Assembly: GCA_002422795.1 (NCBI GenBank)
Contig: DITJ01000104.1
Location: forward strand, 15,324 to 79,323
DNA length: 64,000 bases
Direction: 5' to 3'
DNA from: Alphaproteobacteria bacterium UBA6187
Lineage (GTDB): Bacteria > Pseudomonadota > Alphaproteobacteria > Rickettsiales > UBA6187
Shown here: piece after piece, positions 35,729 to 45,687 of the stretch
Layout of the letters: each line of letters begins with the position of its first letter
How positions within the stretch are numbered: position 1 is the stretch's first letter
Notes under the pieces: generated by a model
Databases searched by the model: none
What the model saw: only the letters and a program-made list of their open reading frames with translations
Told to the model about the DNA's origin: nothing
Program-made: the position numbers and the translations under genes

Positions 35729-35811
35729 TAAAACCGTGTATATAAATAAACAATAATAAGAATAAAATATATCTTATATTATTTAAGAGAATAGAAAATT
35801 AGGAATTAAAA

Positions 35812-36834
35812 GTGCAATATTTAACCAGTTTAGAAAAAGTAATAAGAGGTTTTCCAGGTGATTCTGTTCCTATCTGGCTTATGAGACAAGCAGGCAGGTA
35901 TCTGGAAGAATATAGGAATGTGCGCAGCACTACCAGTAGTTTCCTTGAATTTTGCTATAGTCCTGAAAAAGCTTCAGAAGTAACTTTACAGCCTATAAGG
36001 CGCTTTGACTTTGACGCTGCTATAATATTTTCAGATATTCTTGTAATACCTGATGCACTTGGTGTGGATGTTTCCTTTCTAGTTGGCGAAGGGCCAAAAC
36101 TTGCAAAAATTACTGCTAATGATATAGGTAATTTAAAATATAATCCAAATAAGCTTCTACCTGTCTATGAGGCTATAAAAATGGTTAGGGCGGGTCTTGC
36201 CCCACAAAAATCCTTAATAGGCTTTGCAGGAGCTCCCTGGACGCTTGCAACCTATATGATTGAAGGTGGAGGTAGTAAAGATTTCCATAATACTAAATCA
36301 TGGGCTTATGCTGATCCTAAATCTTTCAGGAAATTAATTTATATTCTGGCTGATAGTATAATCATTCATGCGATTGCCCAAATAAAAGCCGGTGCAAATA
36401 TAATCCAGTTATTCGATAGCTGGGCTGGCACAGTTGCTGCTGGCGATGAATTTAATAAATGGGTGATAGAACCGACTGCTTATATAATTTCTAAAATAAA
36501 AGCCCAATTCCCAAATATCCCTATAATTGGTTTTCCGCGGGGAGCTGGGGTTGCTTATGTTGACTATGCTAATAAAACTGGAGTTGGTGCTATATCGGTT
36601 GATTATAATATGCCGCTTGAGTGGATAGCCAGTAAAGTTGATATTACCATTCAAGGTAACCTTGACCCATTGCTTTTAAAGTATAATCTGGAAGGCACTT
36701 TAATCCAGGCAAAGAAAATATTGGATATTATGAAGGGGCAGAAATTTATATTTAATTTGGGACATGGGATATTACCGGAAACTCCTATTGCTAATGTTGA
36801 AGCGTTGGTAAATTTAGTTAAAAACTATAGATAA
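35812..36834 (+). CDS. hemE: Uroporphyrinogen decarboxylase
   Basis: 340 aa with [15 protein letters not shown] and FSDILV blocks. The ORF begins with GTG. Confidence 0.93.
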   Translation: MQYLTSLEKVIRGFPGDSVPIWLMRQAGRYLEEYRNVRSTTSSFLEFCYSPEKASEVTLQPIRRFDFDAAIIFSDILVIPDALGVDVSFLVGEGPKLAKITANDIGNLKYNPNKLLPVYEAIKMVRAGLAPQKSLIGFAGAPWTLATYMIEGGGSKDFHNTKSWAYADPKSFRKLIYILADSIIIHAIAQIKAGANIIQLFDSWAGTVAAGDEFNKWVIEPTAYIISKIKAQFPNIPIIGFPRGAGVAYVDYANKTGVGAISVDYNMPLEWIASKVDITIQGNLDPLLLKYNLEGTLIQAKKILDIMKGQKFIFNLGHGILPETPIANVEALVNLVKNYR

Positions 36835-36839
36835 TTAAA

Positions 36840-37826
36840 ATGAAAAAAGCTGTAATATTATTTAACCTTGGTGGCCCTGATAGTCTTGATGCGGTTGAAC
36901 CTTTTTTATTCAACCTGTTCAATGATAAAAATATCATAACCATACCAAATCCCATGCGGTTTTTTCTGGCGAAACTTATCTCCGGTAAAAGAGCGCCTAT
37001 CGCTAAGGAAATTTATAAAAATATTGGCAATAAATCCCCGATATTAGAAGAAACTGAAAAGCAGGCAGTGGCTTTGGAAAAAGCTTTAAATTCCATCACT
37101 AATCACCAATCACCAATCACCTACAAAACTTTTATATCAATGCGTTACTGGCATCCTTTTTCATACGAAACTATTGAAAAGGTAAAAGAATTTAACCCTG
37201 ATGAAATTATCCTTCTGCCGCTTTATCCGCAATTTTCAACCACAACAACAAAATCATCTTATGATGACTGGCATAAAATATCTAAGAAAAATGGATTAAA
37301 AATTCCTGTTAAAACTATATGCGGATATCATTTGGATGAAGATTTTATTACTGCGCACTCTAATATTATTAAAAAATCCTACGAAGAAATAGGTAATACA
37401 AAAACCAGGATTTTATTTTCTGCACACGGATTACCTGAAAAAATAATTAAAAAAGGCGATCCTTACCAAAAGCAAATAGAAGAAACAGCTGCTGCAATCG
37501 TAGCTAAATTATCTATAGAAAACCTTGATTTTGTAGTTTGTTACCAATCACGTGTTGGTAGGTTAAAATGGATAGACCCCAGCACAGAAGATGAAATAAA
37601 ACGCGCAGGTGTTGATTCTTTGGAAATTATTGTAGTTCCTATTGCTTTTGTATCTGAGCATTCAGAAACTTTAGTGGAACTTGATATTGAATATAAGCAT
37701 CTTGCGAAAGAATCTGGGGTAAAAAATTATTACCGAGTTCCTACACTTGGTGTGGATGATAATTTTATAAAAACACTGGTAAATGTTTGTATAAATACCG
37801 AAGAATTTAAATGTAATTGCTATTAA
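36840..37826 (+). CDS. hemH: Ferrochelatase
   Basis: 328 aa with [15 protein letters not shown] and SAHGLPE blocks. Confidence 0.93.
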   Translation: MKKAVILFNLGGPDSLDAVEPFLFNLFNDKNIITIPNPMRFFLAKLISGKRAPIAKEIYKNIGNKSPILEETEKQAVALEKALNSITNHQSPITYKTFISMRYWHPFSYETIEKVKEFNPDEIILLPLYPQFSTTTTKSSYDDWHKISKKNGLKIPVKTICGYHLDEDFITAHSNIIKKSYEEIGNTKTRILFSAHGLPEKIIKKGDPYQKQIEETAAAIVAKLSIENLDFVVCYQSRVGRLKWIDPSTEDEIKRAGVDSLEIIVVPIAFVSEHSETLVELDIEYKHLAKESGVKNYYRVPTLGVDDNFIKTLVNVCINTEEFKCNCY

Positions 37827-37860
37827 TAGTATCATTTTTAATATAAATACATATTCAAAT

Positions 37861-38625
37861 ATGCCCAATAAATTACAAAAACCAAAGAAAATCAGGGCTG
37901 ATGAATTTTTACTAATTAATAGCCTTGCAGAAAATATTGAGCAGGCGCGTGCGCTTATAATGTCTGGTCTGGTTCTGTATGATGAAAAACCAATTACAAA
38001 GCCTGGTATATCTATAAACCAAGATGCTAAAGTACGAATAAAAAATCCCAAAGGGCATTCGTGGGTTTCACGTGGCGCAATTAAGCTGGAACATGCATTA
38101 AAGGAATATGCTATAGATGTAACTGGTATGATAGCTGTTGATGTTGGTGCATCCACCGGAGGATTCACTGATGTGCTTCTTCATTATGGGGCTAAAAAAG
38201 TATTTTCTGTGGATGTAGGTTATGGAGAGCTTGCATGGAAATTGCGCAATGATGATAGGGTGGTATTGCTTGAGCGCACCAATGCCAGATATTTAACAGA
38301 AAAAGAAATAACTGAAACTCCAGATATAATCGTATGTGATGCCAGCTTCATAAGCCTTAAAACTGTTCTCCCTGCTTCTTTAAAACTTGCAAAATCAGGA
38401 ACTATACTAGTGGCGCTGATAAAGCCGCAATTTGAGGTAGCGCAGGAAGAAGTTGGCGATAAGGGGGTAGTTTTAGATGTTCTACTACATGAACGTGTGT
38501 GCGCTGAAATTAGGAATTGGCTTGAACAAATGCCTGATTGGGAAGTAATTGGCATCACAACCAGCCCTATTAAAGGGCCGGAAGGTAATGTAGAGTTTTT
38601 AATATTTGCTAAAAATATACTTTAG
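37861..38625 (+). CDS. tlyA: TlyA-family rRNA 2'-O-methyltransferase (hemolysin A)
   Basis: S4-like N-terminus (RADEFLL...) and an FtsJ-like domain (VDVGASTGGFTDVLL). Confidence 0.88.
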   Translation: MPNKLQKPKKIRADEFLLINSLAENIEQARALIMSGLVLYDEKPITKPGISINQDAKVRIKNPKGHSWVSRGAIKLEHALKEYAIDVTGMIAVDVGASTGGFTDVLLHYGAKKVFSVDVGYGELAWKLRNDDRVVLLERTNARYLTEKEITETPDIIVCDASFISLKTVLPASLKLAKSGTILVALIKPQFEVAQEEVGDKGVVLDVLLHERVCAEIRNWLEQMPDWEVIGITTSPIKGPEGNVEFLIFAKNIL

Positions 38626-40354
38626 AGTTCTGCTCCCAGGATTTCTCAATCGTTTTTTCAATATCAGCATTATTTATGCCTACCTCTTCCATAAGCAAAC
38701 GAGCAATGCGCAAGCTTGATTCCAGCGTTTCCGCTACAACATATTTTGCTCCCATATCATATAATCTATCCATATCTTCCGTATCTTTTGAGCGCATGAT
38801 AACGGGAAGTGTTGGCCATTGGGCCCGTATGGATTTAAGCATATTATCTGTAGATGAGTGATCGTCAATGGCAATAACTGCGGCAATAACTGCCCCATTA
38901 TGAATTTTATGCCATAATTCCATTTTCCTGGCGTCTCCATAGATTATTCGGCAACCTTGTTCTTTAAGTATTTGAACCCGCTCAACATTATTATCAATAG
39001 TAATATAAGGTATTTTTTGTTCTTCAAGTAACTTGCCAAGCAATTGCCCTACACGGCCAAAACCTGCAATTATAACAATTCTTTCATCAGTTTGAGTGGT
39101 TTCTTCCGTAGATATTTCAGGAAATATCCGGTTAGCAAAATCTCCAGCCAAAGGTGCCAGCCTAAATAATAAAGGTGTCAGCATCATTGCTGTTGCGGTT
39201 ACAAGAAGGAAAAACTGTGCAGATTCTGTAGGTATGAGTTTTGCAATTAATGCCACGTTAATAATCAGTAACGCAAATTCCCCAGGCTGGGCAAGAAATA
39301 AGGCCGCCTGCGCCGAACGTCTTCCTGAAATCTTAAACCATCTGCAAACAGGAAAAATAATACTTGCCTTCACCACATATATCCCAATTACAGAAGCTAA
39401 AAGAAGTAATGGTTGCCTTGCAATTTCAGCTAAATTAATCATCATTCCTATGGAAAGGAAGAACATACCAAGCAACATGCTTTTTAAGGGAGTTATGATT
39501 ACGTCGACTTCGTGCCTGAACTCAGTTTCTGCAATTAACAGACCTGCAATAAAAGCACCAAGCGCCGGGGAAAGACCGGCAAAATGGGTTATGCTAGCGC
39601 AGGCAATAACAAAAAATATAATAAATGCAATTAACCACTCTGCATTACGTGAAATACTTATATATTTCAGAATCGGCCTTAGCAGGCGCCTTCCTGTAAT
39701 ATACATTATTACTACAGTTAATGTGCCAGCAACTAAAGCACTTAAGATCATACCGCCGGTATTTCCTGTATCCCCACCTGAAAAAGCACCCGCTAAAACA
39801 AGAATAGGGACAACAGCCAAATCTTGCATAAGCAGAATAGAAAAACACAAAATACCAACCGGGCGGTTTACAAGGCGGCGCTCTTCCAAGAGCTGCATTA
39901 CAATAGCAGTAGAGGAAAGGGCAAAAGATGCGCCAATAAGTATTGATGCCTGCAAAGAATTATTGAAAAACTTTGCTAACAGAAAAATAACTATAGTGGT
40001 AGCAAGAATTTGTATGCTACCAAGACCAAAAACCAGACGTTTTAATTCACGTAGGCGGGTTAATGATAACTCAAGCCCAATCATGAACATCAAAGCGATT
40101 ATTCCCAATTCCCCCATAGAGCGCACAGTAGTGCTATCTTTAATGGTAAATGGCACAAGCCAAGGCATTTCACTGGAAAATAATGCAAGTCCGTAAGGGC
40201 CAATTACAATGCCACACAGAAGATATGCCAGAACAGGTGAAATTTTAATACGTTGTAATAGAGGTACGGCAAGTCCGGCAAGTCCAAAGAACAGCAGAAT
40301 ATTTGACATTAAGTCTATTATGTGTCCTGGATCTGATATTTCCGAATCAATCAT
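38609..40354 (-). CDS. CPA2-family K+/H+ antiporter with C-terminal RCK/TrkA-N domain (KefB/C-like)
   Basis: 581 aa with about 12 TM helices, then IIAGFGRVGQ as the Rossmann motif. Its 3' end overlaps the tlyA 3' end by 17 nt (convergent). Confidence 0.88.
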   Translation of the reverse strand: MIDSEISDPGHIIDLMSNILLFFGLAGLAVPLLQRIKISPVLAYLLCGIVIGPYGLALFSSEMPWLVPFTIKDSTTVRSMGELGIIALMFMIGLELSLTRLRELKRLVFGLGSIQILATTIVIFLLAKFFNNSLQASILIGASFALSSTAIVMQLLEERRLVNRPVGILCFSILLMQDLAVVPILVLAGAFSGGDTGNTGGMILSALVAGTLTVVIMYITGRRLLRPILKYISISRNAEWLIAFIIFFVIACASITHFAGLSPALGAFIAGLLIAETEFRHEVDVIITPLKSMLLGMFFLSIGMMINLAEIARQPLLLLASVIGIYVVKASIIFPVCRWFKISGRRSAQAALFLAQPGEFALLIINVALIAKLIPTESAQFFLLVTATAMMLTPLLFRLAPLAGDFANRIFPEISTEETTQTDERIVIIAGFGRVGQLLGKLLEEQKIPYITIDNNVERVQILKEQGCRIIYGDARKMELWHKIHNGAVIAAVIAIDDHSSTDNMLKSIRAQWPTLPVIMRSKDTEDMDRLYDMGAKYVVAETLESSLRIARLLMEEVGINNADIEKTIEKSWEQNSKVYF

Positions 40355-40574
40355 TTATGTTTATTAACCGCAGGATTGAACATGATAAACAAATTACCCT
40401 GTTCATAGCAACTCCGCAACGGATAATTAACTGATTGTTAAGTATTTGGTGGTATTATTTTATTTCCGGCATCAATCAGTAATTGTAAGGAATTGCTAGA
40501 AAAATTGGTTGTATGAGGAAATTAATACCAGGTTTCATTTAAATAATGAACTGGGTATAAAATGGGCATGTAGC

Positions 40575-42689
40575 ATGGATTTTAATACTACAATTAATAA
40601 TTTAAAAACAAAGCTGCAGATACTTGCCGGAAAAATAAAAACCTGCAAGTTACCTGATAAGAGCGCACTGAAAACAGATAAGATTATAGCATGCACTTCT
40701 AATTTTGCTAAACATGGTTTTAGCGCCATTGGAAAATATAGTTATGAACATGAAAATATCCTTGGGCTGGAAATAAGCCCCCATTATATCCGCATATGCC
40801 AGATGAAGAATTCTTATGGCAGATGGAGCCTTAACCAGCTTGCATCAGCATGTATGGAAAGTCAGTTTACCCTTAGGGATATACAATCAAATCCTGAAAT
40901 ATATACTGAAAACCTGAAGATTCTTATCGCAAAGCATCATATAAAAGCAAAAGAAGTTGCTTTATCAATCCCCACATCCAGTTCCATTATCAAAATAATA
41001 AATATACCTGATATGGAAGAAGATGAGCTGGCACAGGCAGCAGGTATGGGCGGAATCTGGGAAAGTCTTGTAGAGTTAAATGGTGGAATACATGAATATT
41101 CAGTATATTATAAAATATTAAACCGCAAAATAAAGCCATCTTGCAGCCTTGCGGAAAGAACCATACATGAATCGCAAGATATCTATCTAGAAAGTAAAAA
41201 TGAAACTACCGCTGAACCTGCAATAACATCATTTAATTTAGAAAATTTATTACAAGTCGAGACCGCCCCCCTTGTAGAGGAGCAGTTACAGGAAGATCCT
41301 AATATCACCGCTACCACCACGGAGACGCAAGACGGAACGATAGCAGCAGATGAAACTTCCACAATACAGGAAGAAGCGCCGCAAGAAGCATCTATAGAAG
41401 AGGCCGAAGAAGAAGCAAACACCATGGATGTGCTGTTTGTTGCCGCCAAAATAATGGATATACAATTATATCTGGATATAGTGAAAAAAGCCGGGCTTAT
41501 CCCTATTATTGCGGATGTTAAATGCAACGCCTTAAAACATGCTTTTGAAACAAACCCTGAAAGGGATAAAACACCGGGGCCTTACGCACTACTGGAATTC
41601 GGTGCGGATGAGAATTATATTTACATAATAAATGGCGCTCAAACTATTATATTTAACATAAATATAACCGATCATGATAGAGATCTTGTGGCGCAAAATG
41701 AAACCAACCAAAGCGCAGTATCAGGATTTGTGCAAAGATACGCAGGCCAGTTGCAGGAAATCCTTGATGAGTACACCAAGAAATATAATAATAAAATCTA
41801 CAATATTTATGTTAGTTCAGCTACCCCTTTGCATGTTGATAAGGCAGCATCAGAGCCGCTTATAAATATGTTTATCAATAATATAACGCAAATAATGGGA
41901 GATTATAAAATATCGCAATGTACTTTCTGTAACCATATAGAAGTACCTGCCGAATTTGCAAAAAAAGTAAATGCAGAAGGTAACCTTGCTGCATGGGCAA
42001 CAGTTCTTGGACTTGCCACATATAAGCTGGATGTATTTGATTATAATAAAAAATGCGATGTAATTGATAGGGTTAACTTACTCCCTGGCGCTGAAATACA
42101 AAAGAAAAGCCGTGTTTTGCAATTGCTCAGTGCTTTGGTAGTATCGGCGGTTTTTGCATTTGTTGTTACTACGTCAGTATTAACATTCTTATTACTTATT
42201 ATTAATAGCAATAGCCTTTCCAGCCAGATAAACGGCCTTGCAAGTGTAAAAAATGAATATGAAACAAAAAACAACGAGATGCAGAAACTTAAAAATGTTA
42301 TGGATAAGGTTAAATCTCTGGATTCTGTAAAGGATACCTTGCCTTCAAACCAGGCCCAGGTTATTGGTGTGTATAAACATATCACCCAATCTATCCCGGA
42401 AGGCGTATGGCTTAGCGAGATTAATTTCAGCCTGCCTAAATTTGCAGAAATAAGGGGTAATTCTATAAATGACCAGAATATCCTTGAATTTATTAAAAGG
42501 CTGAATGAATCAGGCGGGTTCAAGAAAGTATCCCTTAAAACCATGGAAGTGGTTGATAAGGGTGATACTAAAACCACTACATCACCCGCGGTTGGCACGT
42601 ATAATGTTAAAAGATTTGCAATCCAGTGCGAGCTTATGCTAGATGCCGCAGCCACAAAGCTGGAAATCATTTCAAGTGGGGTAAAATAA
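40575..42689 (+). CDS. Fused PilM-PilN-like type IV pilus alignment protein with a ~100-aa acidic insert
   Basis: The N-terminal part is PilM/actin-like (LGLEISPHYIRICQ..., VLFVAAKIMDIQLYLDIVKKAGLIPIIADV). Residues about 520 onward are PilN-like (VNLLPGAEIQKK, a TM helix and a periplasmic domain). The start is uncertain, either TTG 40509 or ATG 40575. Confidence 0.7.
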   Translation: MDFNTTINNLKTKLQILAGKIKTCKLPDKSALKTDKIIACTSNFAKHGFSAIGKYSYEHENILGLEISPHYIRICQMKNSYGRWSLNQLASACMESQFTLRDIQSNPEIYTENLKILIAKHHIKAKEVALSIPTSSSIIKIINIPDMEEDELAQAAGMGGIWESLVELNGGIHEYSVYYKILNRKIKPSCSLAERTIHESQDIYLESKNETTAEPAITSFNLENLLQVETAPLVEEQLQEDPNITATTTETQDGTIAADETSTIQEEAPQEASIEEAEEEANTMDVLFVAAKIMDIQLYLDIVKKAGLIPIIADVKCNALKHAFETNPERDKTPGPYALLEFGADENYIYIINGAQTIIFNINITDHDRDLVAQNETNQSAVSGFVQRYAGQLQEILDEYTKKYNNKIYNIYVSSATPLHVDKAASEPLINMFINNITQIMGDYKISQCTFCNHIEVPAEFAKKVNAEGNLAAWATVLGLATYKLDVFDYNKKCDVIDRVNLLPGAEIQKKSRVLQLLSALVVSAVFAFVVTTSVLTFLLLIINSNSLSSQINGLASVKNEYETKNNEMQKLKNVMDKVKSLDSVKDTLPSNQAQVIGVYKHITQSIPEGVWLSEINFSLPKFAEIRGNSINDQNILEFIKRLNESGGFKKVSLKTMEVVDKGDTKTTTSPAVGTYNVKRFAIQCELMLDAAATKLEIISSGVK

Positions 42690-43501
42690 TGCCAATAGAC
42701 TTAAATATGGATATGGGAACTGTAATTAAGGATCTGATAAGTAAGTGCAGGAATAGCAATGCGTCGGGTCAAACTTCCTCTAATGTTAATGGGAAGCTGC
42801 CTATTGCTGCATATAAAGTTGCAATAATAATATCTATATTAATGATATTGGTTATAATTACTTATATTACTTTTATATACCTGCCTTTAAAAGAAAAGAA
42901 CCATCAGAAAGCTGATGAGCTTAATAAAATTCTGGAAATGAAAACCCAGCTTAGCGTTTTAGACGAACAAATAGATACTCTTAAAAAGAGGCTGGATAAA
43001 TCCAAGGAAGAATATATTGAAAGTCTTTCCAATTTCGGCAGTAGTGATGATTTAGGCAGCCTTTACCAGGTTGTAAGTACACTTGCTGCAAAATATAACC
43101 TTGTGGTTCTTAATGTAAAGGAAATAGCCCTGCCTCCACCGCCGCCTCCTGCAGCTAAAACAACTGTAACAGAAACCCCGGGCGCAAACGCTGAAAAGAA
43201 AGATGATAAAGTCGCAAGCGCTACTCCAGCCGCTCCTGCTGCTAAGGCAGCTGGGGTGAGTGTAAAGGAAAGCCGGGTGGAGCTGGAGCTAAAAGGGCAT
43301 TATGGCGAATATATAAAATTTAAGGAAGACCTGGCGATTGCAGCAGCTTTGCTTAAGATTAACTCCGAATCCATAATAGTTAAGAATGAAACAACCGAGC
43401 AAGGCAGTATCTACGTAAAATTAAACCTTAGTACCTATGCAATAGATAAAAAACCGTTCCAAGGCATAATTACGGATAAAGAAAATGAAAAAACTCAGTA
43501 A
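42689..43501 (+). CDS. pilO: PilO-like protein with Pro/Ala-rich linker (270 aa)
   Basis: A TM helix, a coiled coil (LKEKNHQKADELNKILEMKTQLSVLDEQIDTLKKRL) and a linker PPPPPPAAKTT...AAPAAKAAG. Its ATG overlaps the upstream TAA (TAATG). The assignment is by position and architecture. Confidence 0.6.
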   Translation: MPIDLNMDMGTVIKDLISKCRNSNASGQTSSNVNGKLPIAAYKVAIIISILMILVIITYITFIYLPLKEKNHQKADELNKILEMKTQLSVLDEQIDTLKKRLDKSKEEYIESLSNFGSSDDLGSLYQVVSTLAAKYNLVVLNVKEIALPPPPPPAAKTTVTETPGANAEKKDDKVASATPAAPAAKAAGVSVKESRVELELKGHYGEYIKFKEDLAIAAALLKINSESIIVKNETTEQGSIYVKLNLSTYAIDKKPFQGIITDKENEKTQ

Positions 43502-43901
43502 AACTATTCTTCTGGCATTGATAACAGCGTCCGGCATAGCTGTGGCTGCGGATAGGGACCCATTCTTGCCCTACACCTGGTCAACGCCTGCGGCAACAAC
43601 CGATACTAATAGTGCTAATATAAATACAGATAGTAAAATAAGCCCGTTAATTGATAAACCGCTTTCTGCATATACGGTAATCGGCGTGGTAGTATCGCCA
43701 AATGACGCCCTTGCAGTTTTAAAATCAAGGGATAAGCGTGAATATTTTGCCTATATCGGCGACCCGGTAGGTTCTGAAGGCGGTGTTTTAGAAACTATCA
43801 ACACAGAAGGTATATCCGTTGATATGGGTGGTAAGATTGTGACTTTAAAGGTAAGTAACCGATTTGAGATGCAAGATGAAAAACAAGATGAAAAGAAATA
43901 A
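43485..43901 (+). CDS. pilP: PilP-like periplasmic protein
   Basis: 138 aa with a signal peptide, then the RDPF motif (AADRDPFLPY) and a beta-rich C-terminus. There is no lipobox Cys. Confidence 0.65.
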   Translation: MKKLSKTILLALITASGIAVAADRDPFLPYTWSTPAATTDTNSANINTDSKISPLIDKPLSAYTVIGVVVSPNDALAVLKSRDKREYFAYIGDPVGSEGGVLETINTEGISVDMGGKIVTLKVSNRFEMQDEKQDEKK

Positions 43902-45444
43902 CCCAGTTGCAAAAATTTTGCTGCTGCTGCTCCTCGCTGGCTGCATAAAAGGCGAGAAAGCCTTTGATGGCAAGCTTATTGAGTCAAAATCCATGCTTGA
44001 CCAGAAGCAGTTCATTAAAGAAACCGAACCGAGGCTGGAAGAATCTGCCAAATACGGCCCGAAGATAACAGAAATTGATGAAACAAACATCCGTGAAGAA
44101 GCCAGCACGTTTATTAATAAAGAAGAGGCGCAAGGCTATGTTTCCGTGGGTGATGCGTCAGAAGCATTCCCAATTGATATAAATGTTGAAAATGTTGATA
44201 TCAGAACATTCACCCAGATGCTTTCAAAAATCACCGGTGTAAATTTTCTGGTATCTGATGAAGTAAGCGGCTATGTAACCGCAGAATTACACGATGTTCC
44301 ATGGCCTAATGCACTTGATTCAGTACTTAATTTAAAATCGCTTGCAAAGCATGTAGATAATAAAGCCAATGTTATCCGCATCCACAGCCAGGATTCAATA
44401 GTGAAACTTGAATCATTCGACCGCCAAAGACGCGAAGATTTGCAAAAAACCCTTGTACTTGAACGCGCTACCGAACCTTTCTATACAGAAGTATTTAAAC
44501 TGTTTTATTCTAAGCCTGATAAAATGAAGGCTGTTTTAGCAGAAGTACTTGGCATAGGCGCAGCTCCCACTGCAGGCTCGGCAATGCCGGTTGCCCAGAT
44601 AACCATAGATACCCGCATGAACCAACTTATTGTAAAAGCGCGCAAAGAAGATATGGAAATCGCAAAGAAACTTATCGCTAAACTTGATTCCCGCACTAAG
44701 CAAATATTCATCGAAGCTTTTATAGTTGAGGCAACCGATGACTTTGAAACTGCACTTGGTACGCGGCTGGGCGGTAACTTTACACAAGGTTTCACTAACC
44801 AGGGCAAAAACTTTAATGTGCGCAGCACTGGTCTTGCTGGCACAGCAGCAAATGCTGTTGCAGCTGGCGATACTTCTGCCACATTTACTAACATGTCTGC
44901 AATCAGCAAAACTGGCGTCACTAGTGGCATTGGTTTTCTTGCAGGCGTTGGCGACGCGGTTGACCTGAAATTTGAACTGAGTGCCTTAGAGAATAAAGGG
45001 CTTTCCAAAGTTATTTCCAACCCAAGGCTGTTCACCCTTGATAACCAGGAAGCTGTGATATTCCAAGGCACCCAGGTTCCTTACAGCACCACATCGGCAG
45101 ATGGTACAAAAATTGAATTTAAAGATGCTGGCTTAAAACTGGCCGTAACCCCAAGCGTTGTGGGTGATGGTAATTTAATGTTGGCGATTGCTGTTAATAA
45201 AGATACAGTAGACCTTACTCAGGCATTGCCGCCTATAACAAAAAGTACAATCACTACCAACCTTGTTACTAAAGACGGCTCAATAGTGGTAATTGGCGGT
45301 ATATATACGCAAACAAAAGCAGATGGCAGCGATAAAGTTCCCGGCCTTGGTGATATTCCGGTAGCTGGCAAACTATTCCGCCGCGATAATAATTCGAACT
45401 CTAAAAAAGAATTAATGATATTTATATCACCTAAGATTTTGTAG
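43876..45444 (+). CDS. pilQ: Secretin (PilQ-like) with lipoprotein signal peptide
   Basis: The C-terminal secretin domain has VPGLGDIPVAGKLFR...ELMIFISPKIL. The N-terminus MKNKMKRNNPVAKILLLLLLAGC carries a lipobox. The start is ambiguous (43864 TTG, 43876 or 43888 ATG). Confidence 0.85.
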   Translation: MKNKMKRNNPVAKILLLLLLAGCIKGEKAFDGKLIESKSMLDQKQFIKETEPRLEESAKYGPKITEIDETNIREEASTFINKEEAQGYVSVGDASEAFPIDINVENVDIRTFTQMLSKITGVNFLVSDEVSGYVTAELHDVPWPNALDSVLNLKSLAKHVDNKANVIRIHSQDSIVKLESFDRQRREDLQKTLVLERATEPFYTEVFKLFYSKPDKMKAVLAEVLGIGAAPTAGSAMPVAQITIDTRMNQLIVKARKEDMEIAKKLIAKLDSRTKQIFIEAFIVEATDDFETALGTRLGGNFTQGFTNQGKNFNVRSTGLAGTAANAVAAGDTSATFTNMSAISKTGVTSGIGFLAGVGDAVDLKFELSALENKGLSKVISNPRLFTLDNQEAVIFQGTQVPYSTTSADGTKIEFKDAGLKLAVTPSVVGDGNLMLAIAVNKDTVDLTQALPPITKSTITTNLVTKDGSIVVIGGIYTQTKADGSDKVPGLGDIPVAGKLFRRDNNSNSKKELMIFISPKIL

Positions 45445-45687
45445 TGGTGGAGAGATTACCCTAGTAAGCTAGTAGTGCAGAAATTAAATTTGTAGTAATT
45501 TTACTTTAAAATTCTCTATTATTTCATTTGTGCAGGTGCGCTAGTGTTCGCTATAGTGTTGTTTTGATAATTAATTGGTATTATAGTATTTCCCATTTTC
45601 AATAATGATGCGTCAATCATCATCTCATGTAGCTCACCTACACATCGACTCGATTTCCTATCATTATTGAAAAGCGAAAACACTATA

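Larger units (their letters stand above)
35441..35811. other. Putative chromosomal replication origin (oriC)
   Basis: A very AT-rich ~370-bp non-coding gap between the RP001-like gene and hemE. It has two perfect DnaA boxes TTATCCACA (35654-35662, 35720-35728). One-mismatch boxes lie at 35451-35459 (TGTGTATAA), 35529-35537 (TGTGGATAT) and 35696-35704 (TGTGGGTAA). Confidence 0.75.

Noticed and set aside
35441-35811. CtrA-binding sites (TTAA-N7-TTAA) in the putative origin.
   Set aside because: Only near-misses were found, such as TTAATTGTTAGGTAA. In DNA this AT-rich such half-matches are expected by chance.
37093-37125. A heptad tract CACTAAT CACCAAT CACCAAT CACCTAC inside hemH (encoding [11 protein letters not shown]), considered as a possible in-frame hairpin element.
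   Set aside because: Only the A/C-rich arm is present, and no complementary G/T-rich array lies within ~150 bp. It may be a remnant or coincidence. A similar lone A/C-rich tract lies at 4825-4855.
39096-40196. A 366-aa ORF on the + strand, the longest unassigned ORF in the track.
   Set aside because: It lies entirely antisense to the well-supported CPA2 antiporter gene. Its composition is Ser/Ile/Ala/Arg-rich and low-complexity with no recognisable motif. It is a typical shadow ORF.
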